Shown here piece after piece: positions 9,287 to 15,831 of a DNA stretch of 35,560 nucleotides. Both the position numbers and the translations under genes were made by a program. A model generated the notes under the pieces. It was not told the DNA's origin. It was given only the letters and a program-made list of their open reading frames with translations, and did no database searches. The stretch comes from Candidatus Parcubacteria bacterium (GTDB lineage: Bacteria > Patescibacteriota > Patescibacteriia > Patescibacteriales > UBA12075), in NCBI GenBank assembly GCA_023142215.1, contig JAGLJW010000013.1, positions 1 through 35,560 on the forward strand. Reading direction: 5' to 3'. Every line of letters starts with the position of its first letter. Within the stretch, counting starts at the first letter, position 1.

Positions 9287-11992
9287 ATGTATTTAAAAAA
9301 ACTTGAAATTCAAGGGTTTAAATCTTTTGCGAAAAAGAATATTTTGGTTTTTCCTGGAATAGTTGATAAAAAGGCAAACAGAAGAGGAATTACAGCTATT
9401 GTTGGTCCAAATGGTTCTGGAAAATCAAATATTTCTGATGCGGTTCGTTGGGTAATGGGAGAGCAGAGTATGAAAGCTTTGCGTGGAAAAAAGAGTGAAG
9501 ATATTATTTTTTCTGGATCAGTTAAAAAAGGCAGACTTTCAATGGCTGAAGTTTCTTTATATTTAGATAATTCAGACAAACAAGCTCCGATTGATTATAC
9601 TGATTTAGTTATTACTAGAAGAATTTATAGAAATGGCGACAGTGATTATTTAATTAACAATTCCAAAGTTCGCTTAGCTGATATTCATATGTTACTTGCT
9701 AAGGCTAATGTTGGTCAAAAAACTTATAGTGTAATCGGGCAAGGTACAGTTGATATGTTTTTAAATTCGTCATTAGCTGATAGAAAAGAATTTTTTGATG
9801 AAGCAACTGGAGTTAAACAATATCAAATTAAGCGAGATGAGTCTTTGAATAAATTAAAATCAAGTTACGAAAATTTAGCTCAGGCTCAAATGTTGATTGT
9901 TGAAATTGAACCAAGATTAAATAGTTTAACAAGACAAGTTAATAAACTTAGGAAAAGAGGTGGATTTGAAAAACAACTTGGAAATTTGCAATATGATTAT
10001 TATTCAAAAGTTTGGCATGAAAATAATAACCTTTTTAAAAATTATAATAATGAATATTTGAAATTAGAAAAGCAAAAACAGGAAAAAGAAAAACGCTTAG
10101 CTGGATTTAGAGTTGAGCTCAAAAAATTTGAAGTAGAAACAATGGAAGATGATAATTTTGCTTTTTGGCAAAAAAAACTTTCAGAAATGCAAAACAAAAA
10201 AGATGAGATTAGTAAAAAATTAGCAAGATTAAATGCTCAAATTGAAGTTAAACTTGAAACAAAAGGAAAATTTGATTTATCTTTTTTATTAAATAAGAAA
10301 GAAGAATTATCAAAGCAATTGCAGGCGGTGTTTGAAGAAATTGAGAGTATTAAAAAAAATATAAAAGCAAATGTTGAAAAAGAAGTAAATTTAAATAAAG
10401 AAAAATTAAATTTGGAAGAAGAAATTAATAGGGTAAAAATTAAATTAGATCAAATTAATGCAACCATTAATGCCAGAGCTAATTCTTATGACGATGTATC
10501 AAAGAATATTAATATTTTTTTAGAAGAACTACTTGAGCATGTCAATAAAATAAAAGTTGAAGAGGATGTAATAAAAATTAAAGATGTAATTTTGAAAATT
10601 GAAAAAAGACTTCATAAGGCTTTAAAGATTTCTACGAAAGAAGAGCAATATGTAGCAATGGAACAAAATAAAGAGTGGGATGGGATAAATAAAATTTTGA
10701 ATTCACTTGTTTTGAGCAAGGAAGATTTAATTAAAAAAAATAATGAAAATTATTTAAAGATTTCAACCAAAAAAGAAACGGTTAGATTATTAAATGAGAA
10801 ACAAACAAATTTAGAAAAAGAATTAAATCAAATTGAGAAGAAAATAAAACAAGGTTCAGTTGGATTTGATTTTGAAGGATTAAGGAATGAGAAAGAAGAA
10901 CTTGAAAAGGAAATGCAAAAAATCAATAGAGAAATTTTTGAAATAAAAGAGAATATAAATGATTTAAATATTGAGGAAAAACAAAAGAAAGAAAAACTTT
11001 TTAGTGTTCAGCGTGAATACGAAGCAATGCAATTAGAAATTAATGTTGTGACTAGCGAATTAAGTAATTTGAAAGTTGATGCTACTAGATATGAAATTAA
11101 ATTAGAAGATTTGGAAGTAGAGATTAGAGAGGAATATGGAGAATTGACTTTGGTGCGAAATAATAAAGATGTAAAGATTGAAAATGAAGCAGAAGTGAAA
11201 ACTGAAATTGTTAAAATTAAGAGACAACTTGAATTAATTGGTGGAATTGATCCTGAAATTGAAGCTGAATATAAAGAAACAAAAGAACGTTATGATTTTT
11301 TATCTGGACAAGTTGATGATTTAACTAAAGCCGTTGCTTCTTTAGAAAAAATAATTAAAAAACTTGATATAGTTATTAAAGAAAAATTTGATAAAGAATT
11401 TAAAATTATTTCAAAGAATTTTGAAAAGTATTTTAAAATTGTGTTTAATGGCGGTTCGGCTAAAATTGAAAAAGTAGTTGAAGACTTAGAAGATAAAACA
11501 GAAAGCAATCAACAGATTATAAAAGATGGAGAAAATGCCGAGGTGAAAGAAAAAGAAGTTAAACAAGAACAGGTTTTACCTCCAGGGGTTGTAGATCCAA
11601 AGAAAATTAAATTTTTGAAAAAACATAATGCAACTGGTTTAGCTGGAGTTGAAATTCAAGCTCATCCACCAGGAAAAAAGATTGCTGCTATTTCAATGCT
11701 TTCGGGCGGCGAACGTGCTCTAACAGCAATTGCTTTAATTTGTGCAATTATCAGTGCTAATCCAGCTCCATTTGTTTTTTTAGATGAGGTTGATGCAGCA
11801 CTTGATGAAGCAAACTCAGAACGTTTAGCTAATATTTTTGAAAGTTTGGCTACTAAAACTCAATTTATAGTTATCACACATAATAGAGCGTCAATGAAAA
11901 AATCCAATGTTTTATATGGTGTCACAATGGGAGATGATGGAGTAAGTAAAATTTTCTCTGTGAAATTGGATGAAGTAGGCGCTGCAAGATAA
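9287..11992 (+). CDS. smc: SMC-type chromosome segregation ATPase, short form (901 aa)
   Basis: N-terminal head LEIQGFKSFA...IVGPNGSGKSNISDAVRWVMGEQS. C-terminal head has PPGKKIAAISMLSGGERALTAIALI (signature) and FVFLDEVDAALDEAN (Walker B). Long Lys/Glu heptad-rich arms lie between the heads. Confidence 0.85.
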   Translation: MYLKKLEIQGFKSFAKKNILVFPGIVDKKANRRGITAIVGPNGSGKSNISDAVRWVMGEQSMKALRGKKSEDIIFSGSVKKGRLSMAEVSLYLDNSDKQAPIDYTDLVITRRIYRNGDSDYLINNSKVRLADIHMLLAKANVGQKTYSVIGQGTVDMFLNSSLADRKEFFDEATGVKQYQIKRDESLNKLKSSYENLAQAQMLIVEIEPRLNSLTRQVNKLRKRGGFEKQLGNLQYDYYSKVWHENNNLFKNYNNEYLKLEKQKQEKEKRLAGFRVELKKFEVETMEDDNFAFWQKKLSEMQNKKDEISKKLARLNAQIEVKLETKGKFDLSFLLNKKEELSKQLQAVFEEIESIKKNIKANVEKEVNLNKEKLNLEEEINRVKIKLDQINATINARANSYDDVSKNINIFLEELLEHVNKIKVEEDVIKIKDVILKIEKRLHKALKISTKEEQYVAMEQNKEWDGINKILNSLVLSKEDLIKKNNENYLKISTKKETVRLLNEKQTNLEKELNQIEKKIKQGSVGFDFEGLRNEKEELEKEMQKINREIFEIKENINDLNIEEKQKKEKLFSVQREYEAMQLEINVVTSELSNLKVDATRYEIKLEDLEVEIREEYGELTLVRNNKDVKIENEAEVKTEIVKIKRQLELIGGIDPEIEAEYKETKERYDFLSGQVDDLTKAVASLEKIIKKLDIVIKEKFDKEFKIISKNFEKYFKIVFNGGSAKIEKVVEDLEDKTESNQQIIKDGENAEVKEKEVKQEQVLPPGVVDPKKIKFLKKHNATGLAGVEIQAHPPGKKIAAISMLSGGERALTAIALICAIISANPAPFVFLDEVDAALDEANSERLANIFESLATKTQFIVITHNRASMKKSNVLYGVTMGDDGVSKIFSVKLDEVGAAR

Positions 11993-12014
11993 ATTAAAAA
12001 AAATAATATTATTT

Positions 12015-12770
12015 ATGGAAAATTTTGGTGTTAAAATAGAAGCTAATCAAATAAGTCAAACGGAGAAAGATAATTTACTTGAAAAATTAGAAAATTCTTT
12101 TTTTGATTTAGATATTTACGGTGAAAAGAAACAAGAATTCAATATTAATGATATGAAGATTAATTTTGAATTTTCTGAATGTGAGTTTAATTATGTGATG
12201 GATAAATTTCGAGCAGTTCCAAGTACTCATTATAAAGATGAATATGCAGAAGAATGGAAAGAACTTAAAAATTTAAAAATTAAAACAGAAACAGGAACTA
12301 TTTCGTTTTTAGAATGGTTACCAGATGATTGGAAAATTATTGTAGATTCTGAAATTCCAAAACGTGACAGAAATGGTGATACAGATTTTAATGAAAAAAT
12401 AATTTCTTTAGGTGCTGTTGATCTTTCGTCGTTACAAGGAATTATTACTTTGGCTCATGAAATTGGCCATGTTGCTTCAACAATCAATACTAGTGAAAGT
12501 GAAATGAAAAAATATTTTAGGAACATTGAAGAATTTACTAGCGGAAGGGTATATAAATTTCCCATTAACAAAGAAGCTGCTGAAGATGTTATTTCTAAAG
12601 AAAGAGATGCTTGGGCAGTTGCCTTCAAAATATTAAAGCCGTTGATTAAATCAGGTATTCTATCAAAAAATAATCTTGTTGATTATGTACATAAAACGTC
12701 TAAAGAGTCTTTGTCTAGTTATTCTGATCATTTCAAGTGGTACATTGATAACGAATTATTAAAAGATTAA
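12015..12770 (+). CDS. Hypothetical protein with HExxH zinc-metallopeptidase motif
   Basis: ITLAHEIGHVAS (HExxH) with a downstream SKERDAWAVAF that could supply a third ligand. No further family assignment possible. Confidence 0.45.
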   Translation: MENFGVKIEANQISQTEKDNLLEKLENSFFDLDIYGEKKQEFNINDMKINFEFSECEFNYVMDKFRAVPSTHYKDEYAEEWKELKNLKIKTETGTISFLEWLPDDWKIIVDSEIPKRDRNGDTDFNEKIISLGAVDLSSLQGIITLAHEIGHVASTINTSESEMKKYFRNIEEFTSGRVYKFPINKEAAEDVISKERDAWAVAFKILKPLIKSGILSKNNLVDYVHKTSKESLSSYSDHFKWYIDNELLKD

Positions 12771-12820
12771 TTTTTTGTTAAGTTTTTTAGTTTTTGTACA
12801 AAATTGGTCTTAAATTCTAT

Positions 12821-12860
12821 GAAAATAAAAAACTGTAACTACAATTAAGCAGTTACAGTT
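12821..12860 (-). terminator. Intrinsic terminator for the minus-strand small ORF
   Basis: 10-bp stem AACTGTAACT (12831-12840) / AGTTACAGTT (12851-12860). On the minus strand it is followed by TTTTTATTTT (12821-12830). Confidence 0.45.
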
Positions 12861-12886
12861 GGAAAAATTCATTTTGGATTATTTTT

Positions 12887-13081
12887 TTATCCGAATATAA
12901 ATTTTGTAAGTTTTGGTGATTTCTTGAAAATATTATCAATAAACACTTTGGCGATAACTTCACCGACGCTTTGAAGATACATGAATGGTTTCCCCTTTTG
13001 GTTTATTATGAATACGTTAATAGACAAAAGAAGAACTATCCCCAAGCCAAGAAAAAAATATCTTGTAATCATTGTTTCCAT
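12887..13081 (-). CDS. Small hypothetical membrane protein (64 aa)
   Basis: ATG at 13081 (METMITRYFFLGLGIVLLLSINVFII...), preceded by one of the few clear AAGGAG sites in the window (13088-13093, minus strand). It is followed by a terminator. The listed ORF start at 13120 is probably too far upstream. Confidence 0.4.
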   Translation of the reverse strand: METMITRYFFLGLGIVLLLSINVFIINQKGKPFMYLQSVGEVIAKVFIDNIFKKSPKLTKFIFG

Positions 13082-13195
13082 TTGAATCTCCTTTATTTTT
13101 TTGATATTTTGAATGACCAACCTAATTAACAGAAGCTTAGCATATTAATCTATTTTTGTCAAATTTTGGAATAGTAATTGCTCACTGATTATATA

Positions 13196-13304
13196 CTGTC
13201 ACTGTGGCTTTGCTATCTGGCGAATGAGTGGCAATCTTACAAACCAAGGAACAACAGTCTAGCCGAGGAGATTGCCACGTCGCTCCGACTCCTCGCAATG
13301 ACAG
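13196..13304. repeat. Long imperfect hairpin element, TGTCA-terminated family, copy A
   Basis: Outer arms are CTGTCACTGTG / CGCAATGACAG and inner arms are GTGGCAATCT (13228-13237) / AGATTGCCAC (13269-13278). It is locally GC-rich in an AT-rich context. The termini and inner AATCT box are shared with the elements at 27212 and 33572. Confidence 0.7.
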
Positions 13305-13466
13305 TAAAGTTAGCTAATTTTGTAGCCTCAGTAAGTAATTACCTGGGATATTATAGCAATTAGTGTTCAATAAAAAACTCACAAAAATAGAAAAAACCTT
13401 TAAGCTTAGGTATAATTGGGATGCGAATCTAGTGAAACATTATCAATAATCTTGAGATGTTGCAAG

Positions 13467-13502
13467 CTTCGCAGATAATTATTTCTGTGGAGTCTTTTTT
13501 TT
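13467..13502 (+). terminator. Intrinsic terminator-like hairpin plus T8
   Basis: CTTCGCAGA (13467-13475) pairs with TCTGTGGAG (13484-13492): 9 bp including two G-U pairs, 8-nt loop. It is followed by TC and TTTTTTTT (13495-13502). Confidence 0.45.
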
Positions 13503-13547
13503 AAATTAAATTACTAAAAAAATATGTGTTGAAAATAGTAATTTTAA

Positions 13548-13656
13548 CGTGAATTTGTGTGAAATTTATACAATATTCACGGTATATTGACAAAAAAACG
13601 TGAATATAGGCAATATTTTAGTATAATTCACGTTTATGGTTGACAAAACCGTGAAC
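13548..13656. promoter_or_regulatory. Operator-like array: CGTGAAT-N20-ATTCACG twice plus a third half-site, 51-bp period
   Basis: CGTGAAT at 13548 and 13599 and CGTGAAC at 13650 (spacing 51 and 51). Partners ATTCACG lie at 13575 and 13626, each exactly 20 nt after its half-site. The third site lies inside the promoter spacer within ACCGTGAACGGT. Confidence 0.55.
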
Positions 13657-13667
13657 GGTGCTATAAT
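13640..13667 (+). promoter_or_regulatory. Near-consensus sigma70-type promoter of the Fic gene
   Basis: TTGACA (13640-13645), 16-nt spacer, then TGcTATAAT (extended -10, 13659-13667). This is about 28 nt upstream of the ATG at 13695. Confidence 0.6.
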
Positions 13668-13694
13668 ATAAGTATTAATTATAAAATAATTATT

Positions 13695-14573
13695 ATGGCA
13701 AAACAAATAGGTATATATAAAAAAATAGATTTTCTTCGTGAAAGATATTATAAAGTGGTTATAGGCAAAGAAGCTCTTATGAAAATAATTTCTGAAACTG
13801 AGGTTGCGGAACAAGTATACAATTCTAACGCTATTGAAAATAGCACATTAACACTTGAAGAAACAGAAAAAATTCTTTTGCAGATTGATTTAGAACGATA
13901 TATTAGTGAACGAGAATTATTTGAAGCTAAAAATTTAGCTCGTGTTGTGGAATATACAAATAAGCGTGCTAAGGATCAAGAATTAACATCTGATGTTGTT
14001 TTGTTGTTACATAAAATGTTAATTTCAAATATTAGAGATGATATTGCGGGAAGGTTCAGAAATAATAATGAGTTTGTGCGAGTAGGAAACCATATAGCTC
14101 CAGCGCCACAAGAAGTTGCGTTATTAATTGAAAAAATGTTTACAGAATATAAATCCAAGAGTTCTGAAAGTATCATAAAAAGGATTGCAAAACTACATCT
14201 TAATTTTGAGTATATACATCCGTTTGTGGATGGTAATGGTCGTATTGGTAGAGTGCTTAATAATTATTTATTAATTAGAGAAGGTTTTGTGCCGATAAAC
14301 ATTAGGGTTATTGATCGCGTAGAATATTATGAAGCATTTCGTGAGTTTGATATAAAGGGCAAGACTGTTATTATGGAGGAGATTGTAGGTAAGGCTTTAA
14401 CCAATAGTTATCACAAAAGATTAGCGTATTTAGAAAGTAAAAAAATTATAACTCTTTCTGAATATGCGAAAAATAGTAAATCTTCTTTCTCAAATTTATT
14501 AAATAAAGCGAAAAGGCAAACCATTCCTGCTTTTCGTGAAAAAGGAGTTTGGAAGATTGGTGTTGAGGTTTAA
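13695..14573 (+). CDS. Fic/DOC family protein (AMPylase-type) with N-terminal inhibitory-helix motif and C-terminal excisionase-like HTH
   Basis: Canonical Fic motif HPFVDGNGRIGR. An (S/T)xxxE(G/N) motif, SNAIEN, lies upstream of it in the same chain. The C-terminus ITLSEYAKNSKSSFSNLLNKAKRQTIPAFREKGVWKIG fits the excisionase/MerR-type HTH pattern. Confidence 0.85.
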   Translation: MAKQIGIYKKIDFLRERYYKVVIGKEALMKIISETEVAEQVYNSNAIENSTLTLEETEKILLQIDLERYISERELFEAKNLARVVEYTNKRAKDQELTSDVVLLLHKMLISNIRDDIAGRFRNNNEFVRVGNHIAPAPQEVALLIEKMFTEYKSKSSESIIKRIAKLHLNFEYIHPFVDGNGRIGRVLNNYLLIREGFVPINIRVIDRVEYYEAFREFDIKGKTVIMEEIVGKALTNSYHKRLAYLESKKIITLSEYAKNSKSSFSNLLNKAKRQTIPAFREKGVWKIGVEV

Positions 14574-14621
14574 ATATTGATACAATACAATTAATATATA
14601 GATGAATTTTATTTTAAGTTT

Positions 14622-14674
14622 ATATAAACAAATAACAAAAATAAAAGTTTATTATTTGTTTATATGAATTTTTT
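14622..14674 (+). terminator. AT-rich hairpin plus T-run downstream of the Fic gene
   Basis: ATATAAACAAATAA (14622-14635) pairs perfectly with TTATTTGTTTATAT (14652-14665), then GAATTTTTT follows. Confidence 0.4.
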
Positions 14675-14711
14675 GCTAATTATAGTGAAATTTTGAAAAT
14701 GGTGTAAAGTG

Positions 14712-14740
14712 TTGACAAAGGAGCTGTATTAGTATAAACT
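14712..14740 (+). promoter_or_regulatory. Candidate promoter for the ribosomal-protein cluster
   Basis: TTGACA (14712-14717) followed by either TATAAA (14733-14738, 15-nt spacer) or TAAACT (14735-14740, 17-nt spacer). This would give a ~265-nt leader before rplC. Confidence 0.35.
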
Positions 14741-15007
14741 TGTTGTAGTGATAGTTCACTAAATAAATAAGCTTTATTAAAAGGTTGTTTTAAAAACTCT
14801 TTTAATAGATTGTATCTAAATAAAAGAAAGTATTTTAACGGCTTTAGTAAAGAAGAAAGGATTTTAAATTTCAACAGAACTAAAAAGTATTGATATGTTT
14901 TTAAAACATGTTTATTTGCTGGGTTTTGTTACTCCAGTTTTTTTGTATTAAAATCCAAATTATTGACCGCTGAAAAGTTAAATAACTTATTTAAGTCATT
15001 AGAAAAT

Positions 15008-15670
15008 ATGAAATTTATTTTAGGGAAAAAAATTGAAATGACACAAGTTTGGAAGGACGAAAAGTCAATTGCAATAACTAAAATCCAAGCCGGACCATGT
15101 GGAGTGGTTCAAGTAAAGAATGAAGAAAAAGATGGTTATAAAGCAGTTCAAATTGGTTTTGGAATTAAGAAAGAAAAGAATATTAAAAAACCACAAAAAG
15201 GACATTTAAAAGGATTAGAAAATTTTAGATATTTAAAAGAGTTCAGAATTACAGATGAGCAAGTCAAGAAAGGTGATATTATTAACGTTTCAAGTTTTGC
15301 AGTTGGTGATATTGTAAGAGTTGCAGGGACATCAAAAGGTAAAGGTTTTCAAGGTGTTGTTAAAAGATGGGGATTCGCAGGACAAATTAAGACTCACGGT
15401 AATAAAGATCAACTTAGAATGCCTGGTTCAATTGGTGCGACTGGTCCAGCTCATGTATTTAAAGGTACAAGAATGGGTGGAAGAATGGGAGGCGAAAGAG
15501 TTACAACAACAAATTTAGAAATCATTGATATAGATTTAGATAACAACATTATTTCCATTAAAGGTTCTGTACCAGGATCAAGAAATGGTTTAGTTGAAAT
15601 TAAAGGTGAAGGTGAATTGAAAGTTATTGTAAAGGAAGAAAAGAATGATAATGCGAATGCAACGAATTAA
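15008..15670 (+). CDS. rplC: 50S ribosomal protein uL3
   Basis: MKFILGKKIEMTQVW..., GKGFQGVVKRWGFAGQ. The ATG at 15008 is preferred over the listed upstream TTG at 14963. The last codons (NANATN) lie inside a repeat element. Confidence 0.93.
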   Translation: MKFILGKKIEMTQVWKDEKSIAITKIQAGPCGVVQVKNEEKDGYKAVQIGFGIKKEKNIKKPQKGHLKGLENFRYLKEFRITDEQVKKGDIINVSSFAVGDIVRVAGTSKGKGFQGVVKRWGFAGQIKTHGNKDQLRMPGSIGATGPAHVFKGTRMGGRMGGERVTTTNLEIIDIDLDNNIISIKGSVPGSRNGLVEIKGEGELKVIVKEEKNDNANATN

Positions 15671-15712
15671 TATGCGAATTCCGCGAATTAATTAAATGCT
15701 AATGATTATAAA
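15649..15712 (+). repeat. 64-nt GCGAAT-word element, copy 1 (overlaps rplC 3' end)
   Basis: TAATGCGAATGCAACGAATTAATATGCGAATTCCGCGAATTAATTAAATGCTAATGATTATAAA matches 22163-22226 at 60 of 64 positions by my manual alignment. A further partial copy lies at about 15724-15761. Confidence 0.85.
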
Positions 15713-15822
15713 ATGATAATGTAAATGCTGCGAATTAGATTAAATGCGAATGATTTATAAATTTGTAATTCGTGTAGTTATAAAAATTTGCGGAATTTGC
15801 ATATAATTCGCAGATTAGCATT
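15650..15822 (+). other. About 170-nt composite RNA hairpin spanning the whole rplC-rplD spacer
   Basis: The helices are 15671-15689 with 15785-15803 (19 bp, two G-U), 15663-15669 with 15804-15810 (7 bp), and 15650-15658 with 15814-15822 (9 positions, 1 mismatch). The rplC stop codon is inside the stem and the rplD AUG is 10 nt after the stem base. Confidence 0.6.
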
Positions 15823-15831
15823 ATAAAAAAA

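Noticed and set aside
13196-13304. GC-rich structured region as a known ncRNA (tmRNA, SRP RNA, RNase P RNA, riboswitch)
   Set aside because: I could not find the conserved cores: no GAGGAAAGUCC-type P4 string, no tRNA-like GGGG...CCACCA ends or tag ORF, and no SRP domain IV motif. The region is instead an inverted repeat sharing termini with two other elements.
13178-13363. 61-aa plus-strand ORF (…EEIATSLRLLAMT…)
   Set aside because: It lies entirely over hairpin element A. It has no start context, and its peptide is the translation of the repeat arms, so it is most likely an annotation artefact.
14680-14874. 64-aa minus-strand ORF in the rplC leader region
   Set aside because: It has low-complexity, Leu/Lys/Phe-rich AT-driven composition with no start context or terminator. 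It overlaps the candidate promoter of the ribosomal cluster.
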